In this document: piece by piece, positions 8,384 through 17,098 of the stretch
Layout of the letters: each line of letters opens with the position of its first letter
How positions within the stretch are numbered: position 1 is the stretch's first letter
Notes under the pieces: generated by a model
What the model was told of the DNA's origin: nothing
What the model saw: the letters and a program-made list of their open reading frames with translations, nothing else
The model's database searches: none
Assembly (NCBI GenBank): GCA_022865305.1
Contig: JALHSP010000016.1
Location: 2,812 to 66,811, forward strand
Origin: Bacteroidales bacterium
Lineage (GTDB): Bacteria > Bacteroidota > Bacteroidia > Bacteroidales > VadinHA17
DNA: 64,000 bases
Direction of reading: 5' to 3'
Translations under genes and position numbers: made by a program

Positions 8384-10726
8384 ATGACTGCTCGTATAAT
8401 TAAATATCGCTGGGTAATTATCGGAATTTGTTTACTGACAGGCATCTCATTTGGTTTACTGATACCATTTTCAAAGACCGATCCTGAGATAAGGAATTAT
8501 GTCCCTGCTTCAATGAAATCAAGAATAGAAACGGATAAAATCGAAAATGAGTTCGGGGTACAGGACATGATTGTGATCCTTTTCTGTGACAGTTCTATCC
8601 TTACTTCCGGCAATTTAAAACAAATAAAGGCTATTGACCGCGATTTCTCAAGACTACCAGGTGTCTCCAGCCGGATTTCGCCTTTTACAGTCAAAACAAT
8701 AAAAAACTCTGAAGGTATGATGGTTGCCGATCCGTTGATCAGAAAGATCCCATCAGATTCATCAGAGGTTACTGAACTCACAAAAGAAATACTGAGTAAC
8801 AGGTTTGCACGCGATATTGTCTTTTCATCTGACATGACATCAGCCTCAATTACAGCAACCATAAATAGGTCTGAAACCGAAGATATTACATTGCAGAAGG
8901 TCGATTCCATCATTGGTGCACATCCCGGAGATGCCCGGATCCTTTCAGGGGGGCTTCCCTATATCAGGAATCACATAATGAAAGATGTAAACAGAGATGC
9001 AATGATCATTGTTCCGATTGCACTTATTATAATGCTTCTGGTTCTGAAGTTTACCCTTGGTGACTGGAGAAGCGTCCTGAAGCCTTTTACTGTCGTATTA
9101 TTGTCCACAGCCCTGAGTATGGGATTGATTCCCCTTCTTGGCTGGAAATTGTCCATAATAAGTCTGCTCGTTCCCATAATACTTGTTGCAGTAGCCAATA
9201 ATTATGGAATTTACCTTGTTGCCAGGCACCAGGAGATAAGCCTGAAGAATGGAAATGAACCTGAAGGATCTATCCTTAAGGAACTTACCAGCTCTTTAAA
9301 TATGCCTATCCTTTTCAGCGGGCTGACCACAATAGCCGGAATTTTAGGACTCCTGACACATTCCATAATACCTGCCCGGCAGGTGGGTATTCTTGCAGCT
9401 ACCGGAGTAACGGCGGCACTGGTAATGAGTCTCTTTTTTATTCCAGCACTGATATCTCTAACCGGAAAGAAAACCAGGAATGCGAATCTTAAAAAAGTAA
9501 AAAATAGTTGGTTCGACGGATTCCTCAACCGACTTGCTGAGATGATAGTTAAACATCCCGGAAGGATTATTTTGTCTTCTTTAATACTGACAATAATACT
9601 CTCATCAGGTATTCTCCTTGTGAAAATTGAAACCAACCAGGAAAAGTATTTTCCTAAAAATAATCCATTGAGACAGGCTTCCGATGTGATAAATAAGAAA
9701 TTCGGAGGCTCTCAGACTATATCTGTAATGGTAACGGGTGATATTAAAAGTCCGGAAATAATGAAGGGTATCGATGATCTGACTATGCAGCTTGAGGATA
9801 TGAATGGTGTAGGAGGTGTATTCTCTATTTCACAGGCTGTCAGGGAGATGAGTAAAGGAATCTATAATGAAGGAGAAAGAGGGTATAATCAGATTCCTCC
9901 TTCAACAGAGGGAATCGCACAGATGTTTGAGCTCTATAATATGAGCGGCGACCAAGACGATTTTAAGCAGTTAATGAATCTCGACAACTCAAAAGCTCAC
10001 ATACTGATACGTCTTTCCAATCCCGAAAACAAGGTAATAAATGAAGTTAAAGAAAAAATAACCGCGTTGACTAACGATTTTCCTGCTGAAGTGACAGTCG
10101 GAGGCTATGCACTTATAATGGCTGATTTTGCAGGCTCTATAATCAGAGGGCAGGTTAGTTCACTGATCTTTGCGTTGGTAACAGTGCTTATTCTCCTGGC
10201 AATTATATTCAGATCACTTAAAGGGGGTATTATCGGTTCGATACCCCTGGCAGCTTCAATATTGGTAGTGTTTGGATTTATGGGATTCTCAGGAATTGCA
10301 CTGGATGGAGCTACAGCCCTGCTTTCATCAATAATGATCGGGGTTGGCGTTGATTTTACCATACAGTACATGTGGTGCTTTAACACTCAGATCAGGAAGG
10401 GTTTATCGTATGCTGATGCAACCAAAGCTTCAATAGGTACAATCGGTCGCAGTATCATTATTAATGCTATAAGTGTCATGGCAGGATTTTCGGCATTGAT
10501 GTTTTCGGGATTCACTTCGATAAGGTTTTTTGGTTACCTGGTGATAATCTCAATAGGTTCCTGCCTTATCGGTGCAATAGTATTAATACCGGCCATCCTT
10601 ATGAAATTCAGGCCCGGGTTTATTGAAAAAAAATTAAGCAATTCAAAAACAAAGAAACATGAAAAAGAGAATGATCTTATCAATATTACTAGTGCCGCTT
10701 TTACACGTGTCGGCGCAACAGCCTGA
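8384..10726 (+). CDS. MMPL/RND-family transporter
   Basis: Two repeats of TM, periplasmic domain, 5 TM; VANNYGIY and GVGVDFTIQ motifs. Confidence 0.9.
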   Translation: MTARIIKYRWVIIGICLLTGISFGLLIPFSKTDPEIRNYVPASMKSRIETDKIENEFGVQDMIVILFCDSSILTSGNLKQIKAIDRDFSRLPGVSSRISPFTVKTIKNSEGMMVADPLIRKIPSDSSEVTELTKEILSNRFARDIVFSSDMTSASITATINRSETEDITLQKVDSIIGAHPGDARILSGGLPYIRNHIMKDVNRDAMIIVPIALIIMLLVLKFTLGDWRSVLKPFTVVLLSTALSMGLIPLLGWKLSIISLLVPIILVAVANNYGIYLVARHQEISLKNGNEPEGSILKELTSSLNMPILFSGLTTIAGILGLLTHSIIPARQVGILAATGVTAALVMSLFFIPALISLTGKKTRNANLKKVKNSWFDGFLNRLAEMIVKHPGRIILSSLILTIILSSGILLVKIETNQEKYFPKNNPLRQASDVINKKFGGSQTISVMVTGDIKSPEIMKGIDDLTMQLEDMNGVGGVFSISQAVREMSKGIYNEGERGYNQIPPSTEGIAQMFELYNMSGDQDDFKQLMNLDNSKAHILIRLSNPENKVINEVKEKITALTNDFPAEVTVGGYALIMADFAGSIIRGQVSSLIFALVTVLILLAIIFRSLKGGIIGSIPLAASILVVFGFMGFSGIALDGATALLSSIMIGVGVDFTIQYMWCFNTQIRKGLSYADATKASIGTIGRSIIINAISVMAGFSALMFSGFTSIRFFGYLVIISIGSCLIGAIVLIPAILMKFRPGFIEKKLSNSKTKKHEKENDLINITSAAFTRVGATA

Positions 10727-11429
10727 TGCAGGGCAGATTATGAGTAAAAGCCGCGATCTGAGCCTGATCGGATCAATGAGCGCAACAATCAATTTATCTA
10801 TCCTGGAGAAATCAGGTGCTACCAGGAACAGAACGATCGCGATGACAACAAAAAGTTATCCCGACGGTCTTGAGAAAAGATTTATAAAGTTCATTGAACC
10901 TGCCGACGTAAGAGGTACTGCAATGCTGGTTGTGGATAATAAGAATGTGATGGATGAGATGTGGATCTATCTTCCCGCATTAAAGAAAACACGTCGTATA
11001 GTTTCTTCAGAGAAAGGAAAAAGCTTCATGAGTTCTGAGTTTTCAAACGCTGATATGAGCTCACCTGCCCTTTCCGATTTTGTCAACAAACACACAGCTA
11101 CTTCCGGTTCAAATAACCAGTGGATAATTGAAAGCATTCCGGTAAATGAAGATAAAGCGGACGAATATGGTTATTCCAGAAAGGTCACCTATATCAGCAA
11201 GGATAAATACCAGATATTGAAAATGGAATTCTATAATATTGATAATGAGCTTTTTAAGACAATAGAGATTAAGAGTATTTTTCCCTTGCAGGATGGAAAA
11301 TACATGATCAAGAATATGATTGCCAGTAACCTGATTACAAACAGAAAATCAGAAATACTTTTCAGCAATATTAACGAACAGGTTAAGGTTGATGATTCAT
11401 TTTTCAGCCTTCAGAACCTTGAAAGATAA
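10659..11429 (+). CDS. Outer-membrane lipoprotein-sorting (LolA-like) protein
   Basis: FIEPADVRGTAML...WIYLPALKKTRRI...FMSSEFSNADM; C-terminal FSLQNLER. Confidence 0.88.
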   Translation: MKKRMILSILLVPLLHVSAQQPDAGQIMSKSRDLSLIGSMSATINLSILEKSGATRNRTIAMTTKSYPDGLEKRFIKFIEPADVRGTAMLVVDNKNVMDEMWIYLPALKKTRRIVSSEKGKSFMSSEFSNADMSSPALSDFVNKHTATSGSNNQWIIESIPVNEDKADEYGYSRKVTYISKDKYQILKMEFYNIDNELFKTIEIKSIFPLQDGKYMIKNMIASNLITNRKSEILFSNINEQVKVDDSFFSLQNLER

Positions 11430-11457
11430 CATAGCATCATAAACTTACTGCCAGTCA

Positions 11458-12819
11458 CTAAGGTTTTATGATGGTACCATCGCTTTTTCTGACAGTCCAT
11501 CTCGATCTGGTGCCTATCGGGTATTTAGCAGCTGCTTTTTCATTAATATCCACGCCAAGACCAGGCGCTTCATTAATATACATATATCCGTTTTTATACG
11601 TCTGACAACCTTTAAAAACTTCCTGTGCTTTTTCACTCCAGAAGTGTGACTCCTGTATACCGAAGTTCCAGACTGCAAGATCAATATGAGCGTTAGCTGC
11701 ATGGCCGACAGGAGAAGTATCGCCTGGCCCATGCCAGGCTGTTCTGACATTAAACCACTCCCCTAACCGTGCAATTTTCATTGCCGGAGTTATGCCACCA
11801 ATCTGAGAAATATGAACCCGTATATAGTCAAATAGCTGGTCGACCATATAATCCCTGAACTCATTAATATTATTAAACAACTCGCCCATGGCAATCGGAA
11901 CCATAGTAGCAGCCCTGAGATGCTTAAACCACTTCATATTTTCCGGAGAAAAAGGGTCCTCGATAAAGAAAGGGTGATATTGTTCCAGTTCTTTAATCAT
12001 ATTGATAGCGTCGACTGGTTCCACCCGCTCGTGAATATCATGTAACAGTTCAACATCCTCTCCACACCTTTTCCGGACAACGTTAAACATTTCAGGCACT
12101 CTTTTCAGATATGTATGCTGATCCATGTACTGATCCTGTTCTGTTCCAAAACCAGCTTCAACAAAGTCAGGTTTTTTCTCCATCGTTCCAACACCTCCAT
12201 AACCACCCTGCTGAATTCGCACATGCCGGAATCCCTGGTCTATAAACTGCTGGACACGATCTGCAACTGCTTCGGGTGTTGGACCGCTGGCATGAGCATA
12301 ACAATCAACCGCAATCCTGGATTTACCACCAAGAAGCTGATATACAGGCATATTGGCTCGTTTGCCCTTAATATCCCATAAAGCTTCGTCAATTCCGCTC
12401 AGGGCATTATTCAGGACCGGTCCGTTTCGCCAGTAGGAACTTACATACGCAGACTGCCACATATCTTCAATGTTATCAACATCTTTGCCGACACAAAAAT
12501 CGTTGAGATAACTGTCTATTGCAGTTATGACTGCCATTGCCCGCTGGGTAAAGGTTGCACAACCTAATCCATACAAGCCGGGTTCTGTCGTTTCGACTTT
12601 TACAATAACAAGATTTGATCCTTCAGGAGCGGTGGCAATTGCCTTGACACTTTTTATTTTAACCGGAGGCATACCTGTTGTATAGGGAGGCGTTATGCGG
12701 GTTTCCGCCCTGGCTTGTGGGCTGCTAAACAATCCAAGTATACCGGCTGCCGAACCGGCTGTTATTAATTTCATAGCGTCCCGGCGACTGATCTCTGATG
12801 AATTTGATGGTTTTTTCAT
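11458..12819 (-). CDS. Enolase-superfamily sugar-acid dehydratase (mannonate dehydratase/RspA-like) with Tat signal
   Basis: SRRDAMK Tat motif; SSYWRNGP, LLHDIHE, FIEDP, AMGELF, TAWHGP. Confidence 0.85.
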   Translation of the reverse strand: MKKPSNSSEISRRDAMKLITAGSAAGILGLFSSPQARAETRITPPYTTGMPPVKIKSVKAIATAPEGSNLVIVKVETTEPGLYGLGCATFTQRAMAVITAIDSYLNDFCVGKDVDNIEDMWQSAYVSSYWRNGPVLNNALSGIDEALWDIKGKRANMPVYQLLGGKSRIAVDCYAHASGPTPEAVADRVQQFIDQGFRHVRIQQGGYGGVGTMEKKPDFVEAGFGTEQDQYMDQHTYLKRVPEMFNVVRKRCGEDVELLHDIHERVEPVDAINMIKELEQYHPFFIEDPFSPENMKWFKHLRAATMVPIAMGELFNNINEFRDYMVDQLFDYIRVHISQIGGITPAMKIARLGEWFNVRTAWHGPGDTSPVGHAANAHIDLAVWNFGIQESHFWSEKAQEVFKGCQTYKNGYMYINEAPGLGVDINEKAAAKYPIGTRSRWTVRKSDGTIIKP

Positions 12820-12864
12820 GATTAAGATATTTTTTCAGTTGTTAATACTTTATTGGTTAATCTA

Positions 12865-12906
12865 AGTTACAGGTTGCAGGTTACATGTTGCAGGTTACTG
12901 GTTGTT
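12865..12906. repeat. Imperfect heptamer tandem repeat (GGTTRCA) x6
   Basis: agttaca ggttgca ggttaca tgttgca ggttact ggttgtt. Confidence 0.85.
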
Positions 12907-12923
12907 TGTTGCAACCGGTAAGG

Positions 12924-14006
12924 TTATGATTTCGGATTCATCCACACCCCCTGTTTTTCAAAATTATCAGGAAGTTTATACGTTTTTATATGATCTTTCA
13001 GGTTTTCCCCTGTAATTTCAATCTTACTTAAATCGGTAATACCCAAACCCATCTGAGAGCAAAAATTGAGATAACCGATCCTGGAAAAATCAATCCCCAT
13101 TAGTTCAACTCCTACACGGTCAGCGGCCAGCCAATCCTGACTTGCAACGCATACCCTGTGGTCAATTGGCGTTCCCAATGTGGGTCCGTTTCCTTCCATC
13201 CCTTCAAAGCCATCGATAACTGCAAGATCCGGATGTAACTTTTGTGCCAGAGATGCCAAATTGAAATTTATTGCATGAAATCCACTCCCGTGAAGCAACC
13301 TTTTGTAGCTTATTGCCCCTTGCCTGGATTCTCTGGCCCGAGGGGAAAATCTCTTATCCTCGTTAAAGAGGGTAAATCCTTTATCCTTTATCGGTGCACC
13401 AAGTACAATATTCTTAAGAGACAGGGTAGCTCCTACTGTATTATGCGTCTTCATTCTGGCGACGGAGATTACATAAGAATCCTGATCAAGTATTACCCCT
13501 GATACTCTTACCGGATGCGGTCTGAAATCTTTCTCGTCAATAACATATAATGTTTCAAATTTCTCATTATCGAGATCGACAAGTTTTACAGGATATTTTG
13601 ATAACAGACTGTAATACCCGTAGTTATGAAATCCTTCTAATGTTGAACCGCTTGCTGAAGATTCAGCAATTATGACATTGTTTATCTTGTTTATTGATTT
13701 TAGAAATTCCAGCACACCTTCTAATGTCTCTGCATGGGTACATGCTAACGGGACATAAATAAGCACATTATTTGGCTTAAGAACAACACGACGATTTCCG
13801 ATTGAACGCTTAATCTGTTTTGCAAACGGCTGAAGAGCCCGGAACGCCATATCTGCCCTGTCATTTCCTGAAATGACCGAAACGCTTGTACCCTGGTTTT
13901 CCTGAGACACTATTGAAGATATAACTTTAACAGGATTTGACCACGTGATTGCAGCTCCACCGATAAGTGAAGTTCTGAGAAAATCCCTGCGATTGTAACT
14001 GCTCAT
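12924..14006 (-). CDS. DUF362 domain protein with Tat signal
   Basis: NRRDFLR; VVLKPN, KTH, TLSLKN, VIDGFEGMEGNGP, DWLAADRVG. Confidence 0.85.
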   Translation of the reverse strand: MSSYNRRDFLRTSLIGGAAITWSNPVKVISSIVSQENQGTSVSVISGNDRADMAFRALQPFAKQIKRSIGNRRVVLKPNNVLIYVPLACTHAETLEGVLEFLKSINKINNVIIAESSASGSTLEGFHNYGYYSLLSKYPVKLVDLDNEKFETLYVIDEKDFRPHPVRVSGVILDQDSYVISVARMKTHNTVGATLSLKNIVLGAPIKDKGFTLFNEDKRFSPRARESRQGAISYKRLLHGSGFHAINFNLASLAQKLHPDLAVIDGFEGMEGNGPTLGTPIDHRVCVASQDWLAADRVGVELMGIDFSRIGYLNFCSQMGLGITDLSKIEITGENLKDHIKTYKLPDNFEKQGVWMNPKS

Positions 14007-14079
14007 ATAAGATTGCTTTCTTTTGAAAACTGTATTAAAGTTAGTACATAATTTATAATTTAAAGGCGATAATGTTTCC

Positions 14080-14087
14080 TACATTTG
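14080..14087 (+). promoter_or_regulatory. -7 promoter box for mnmE
   Basis: TACATTTG 21 nt upstream of the ATG. Confidence 0.6.
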
Positions 14088-14108
14088 CTGCTGACAGCGT
14101 GACAGAAC

Positions 14109-15512
14109 ATGATCAGAACTGAAGAAACAATTTGTGCACCTGCTACGTCAGGAGGCGGGGCTATTGCTGTAATCAGAATCAGCGGCTCTCAAAGCATACA
14201 TATCTGTGACAAAATATTTTTCCCGTCTGATAAAAGAATAAAGTTCACAGAACAGAAAGGTTATACAATTGTCCTTGGTGAAATACGCTCCGGTGAGGAA
14301 ATTATTGATGATGTTCTTGTGAGTGTTTTCAGAGCTCCTCACTCCTATACAGGTGAGAATGCGATTGAGATATCCTGCCATGCTTCGCCGTATATTCAGC
14401 AAAAGATACTTGAGCTGTTAATTAAGAATGGTGCGGTGCCGGCACAGCCCGGAGAATTTACCCAGAGAGCCTTTTTAAACGGGAAGATGGATTTATCTCA
14501 GGCTGAGGCTGTGGCCGATCTTATTGCATCGGAATCCTTTGCTGCACATAAGATTGCTGTTAACCAGATGCGAGGAACATTTTCTGATGAAATCAGGATA
14601 CTGAGGGCTGATCTGCTTCATTTCGCATCATTGATAGAACTTGAACTTGATTTCGGCGAGGAGGATGTTGAATTTGCTGACAGACAGAAGTTGCGGGAGA
14701 TAGTAACTAAGGTACTCTCCATAGCAAAAAAACTCACATCATCATTCAGTTTAGGTAACGCCATTAAAAATGGTGTTCCTGTGGCAATTACAGGTAAATC
14801 GAACACAGGGAAATCAACACTTTTAAATTACTTGTTAAAAGAAGAAAAGGCCATAGTTTCAGAGATACCCGGAACAACAAGGGATGTTATAGAAGATACA
14901 CTCGTTTTAGAGGGAATTAAATACCGGTTTTTCGATACGGCAGGACTGCGCGAGACCGGTGATATCATTGAAAACCTTGGCATAAAGAAAACGCTTGAAA
15001 AGATCAGCCTTGCTTCGGTAATTTTACTCGTGGCTGATGTAAATGAAGGAATCCAGGTATTAAATGAAGTTTTAAATAATCTTCGCCAGCAGATTGCAGG
15101 CAAAGGGAAAAAACTGATCATTCTTATAAATAAAATCGATACTAATATTTATGGTAATCACGCTTTAATTCTTAACAGAATAATATTGCAGGATAATGAA
15201 TCACTCTTATTCATTTCAGCAAAAACGGGAGAAGGAATTGATGAATTAAAATCGAAGTTAGGCCGGGCAATTGGCAGGGATCAGCTTCTAACAGAGAGTG
15301 TGATCTTAACAAATATTAGACACTACAACTCACTTCTGCAAGTATCGGAAAGCCTTGAAAGAGTCAGAGAGGGACTCGACAATCAATTGCCAGAAGATCT
15401 TATTGCCATAGATATCCGCCAGGCAATTCATTATCTCGGAGAGATCACCGGTGAGATTACCACAGATGAGATACTTGATAATATCTTTAAGAACTTTTGT
15501 ATCGGAAAGTAA
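14109..15512 (+). CDS. mnmE: tRNA modification GTPase MnmE
   Basis: FRAPHSYTGE, GEFTQRAFLNGKMDL, GKSNTGKS, GTTRD, DTAG, NKID, C-terminal FCIGK. Confidence 0.98.
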   Translation: MIRTEETICAPATSGGGAIAVIRISGSQSIHICDKIFFPSDKRIKFTEQKGYTIVLGEIRSGEEIIDDVLVSVFRAPHSYTGENAIEISCHASPYIQQKILELLIKNGAVPAQPGEFTQRAFLNGKMDLSQAEAVADLIASESFAAHKIAVNQMRGTFSDEIRILRADLLHFASLIELELDFGEEDVEFADRQKLREIVTKVLSIAKKLTSSFSLGNAIKNGVPVAITGKSNTGKSTLLNYLLKEEKAIVSEIPGTTRDVIEDTLVLEGIKYRFFDTAGLRETGDIIENLGIKKTLEKISLASVILLVADVNEGIQVLNEVLNNLRQQIAGKGKKLIILINKIDTNIYGNHALILNRIILQDNESLLFISAKTGEGIDELKSKLGRAIGRDQLLTESVILTNIRHYNSLLQVSESLERVREGLDNQLPEDLIAIDIRQAIHYLGEITGEITTDEILDNIFKNFCIGK

Positions 15513-15530
15513 AACAGGAAGGCACAAAAA

Positions 15531-15551
15531 AGCCGTTCTGCAAGAACGGCT
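15531..15551. terminator. Hairpin after mnmE, A-tract on the left
   Basis: AGCCGTTCT-GCA-AGAACGGCT preceded by AAAAA. Confidence 0.6.
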
Positions 15552-15699
15552 CAAAATCTTAGAGGTATTCCCTTCCAGAAAGATTCTATGAAATAAATAT
15601 TTCGGATTCTCCTCATTAACCGGAATTAAAGGTTATATTTGACAATCTTACGGTAGCAGCATTTCTTGCATTAATTCACATCTCTTTATTTTCCTGCTA

Positions 15700-15921
15700 T
15701 TGGTTAAACAGAAAGGTGTCTTTATGAAAAATACGACGAATGAAAGGAATAATTATATGTCTGATAAAAAGCATAAAAATTTTGAATCCCCAGACCTGTC
15801 CAAGATGCAGGAGGTGGTTATTAATTTCAGAACAAAAATATACATAGCAATTGGTGCTGACCCGGAGGAAGCCAAAAGCCGTTATATTTCAAGGCTGGGG
15901 AATAGAAACTTCCGGCAGTAA
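15700..15921 (+). CDS. Small hypothetical protein (start may be ATG 15757)
   Basis: Protein-like PDLSKMQEVVINFRTKIYIAIGADPEEAKSRY; convergent with the next gene. Confidence 0.5.
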   Translation: MVKQKGVFMKNTTNERNNYMSDKKHKNFESPDLSKMQEVVINFRTKIYIAIGADPEEAKSRYISRLGNRNFRQ

Positions 15922-15930
15922 ATTCCCTGA

Positions 15931-16847
15931 TTACGGATGCTTATATTTTCCGCGATATTCCCTCTTTAGCAATAAAGATGCCTGCTGGTTGCCAATAATC
16001 TCTTTTTTCTGCTGATCCCATTTTACTACTGATCCTGTATAATAAGAAATCATCGCCAGTTGAACGGTGGCAGTAGACTGGAATCCATCTTCCGGTGTAC
16101 AGCTGATCAGATTCTTATTTTTGCTTCTTACTGCATCAAGAAAGTTTTTCACATGGTTATCCTGCATCACTGGAGTGGGAATGGATAATTCCTCTTTCTG
16201 AGTGTCTCTTCCTGTCGGGAATATCACTACCTTGTTATCCTCAGCGAAAAGTGTACCTTTTTCGCCATAAAAGAAAATTCCGTTGTTATATTCCCTTGTA
16301 ACGTCGCCATTGCCCCACAACCTGTGCTGCCAGAGAACAGGAGCCTTCTTAAATGCCATTTTGGCCGTCAGGGTATCAGGTGTGGTTATCTGGCCTTTCA
16401 GAACATATATTCCTCCTGAAGTGTGGAATTCCTCCGGCATTCCTTCCCCCATGATCCTCCGTATAATGTCAATATGATGGATTCCCCAGTCAACAAGGTG
16501 ACCATTTCCATACTCCTTTTCCAGTCTCCATGATTTATGTCCGATACTGGGTCTGTAGTCCAGTTTAGGAGCCGGTCCGCACCATTCTTCCCAGTCGAGT
16601 GAAGCGGGAGGCGGCTGGATGGTAGTATCCTGGGGCCCGGGATTATAGTGTATCTGGGCAACTATCTGGTGAACATTTCCAATCGTGCCGTTTTCAGGGC
16701 AGCGGTTGTATCAACCATACCATACCATCCGGCACCGATAAGGCCGATTTTTAGCTTGCGTTCATCCTGTTTACCTGGAATATAGAAAGATGTGGCCAGG
16801 GCTGCAGTTCCCAATGTGGTTACTTCAAGAAACTTTCTTCTTTTCAT
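15931..16847 (-). pseudogene. Tat-signal Gfo/Idh/MocA oxidoreductase with internal deletion and frameshift
   Basis: MKRRKFLE...KIGLIGAGWYG in one frame; ENGTIGNVHQI...DWEEWCGPAP...WRLEKEYGNGHLVDWGIHHID... in another; junction GAAAACGG at 16688-16695. Confidence 0.85.
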
Positions 16848-17098
16848 TTTTTAAATAATTAATGAATATTAAAATTAAGAAATTTAACTTTAAAGGACTA
16901 AGGCAACAAAACCAAAAAATCTCTGTGTAAGTTCTTTATTTGTTTCACAGAGAGACACAGAGAACCGGAGAACCAAAGAGAAAACAAATAAATCCTTAAG
17001 TTGTCTTTTCCTTAAGTGAAGAATTACCCTGTCACGTAACTTTAATTGGATTTTCCCGTTATAGATAGTGTTAGCAATATCTTCAGGGTAGTTCATTT

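Noticed and set aside
10659-10726. 68-nt overlap of MMPL and LolA-like genes as a frameshift or fusion signal
   Set aside because: The second gene has its own ATG and signal peptide; simple translational coupling explains it
16662-16700. Programmed ribosomal frameshift in the Gfo/Idh/MocA gene
   Set aside because: A frameshift would not restore the missing Rossmann segment; a deletion explains it better
16890-17096. 68-aa ORF in a divergent promoter region
   Set aside because: Low-complexity translation of cacagag-type repeats; no recognisable motif
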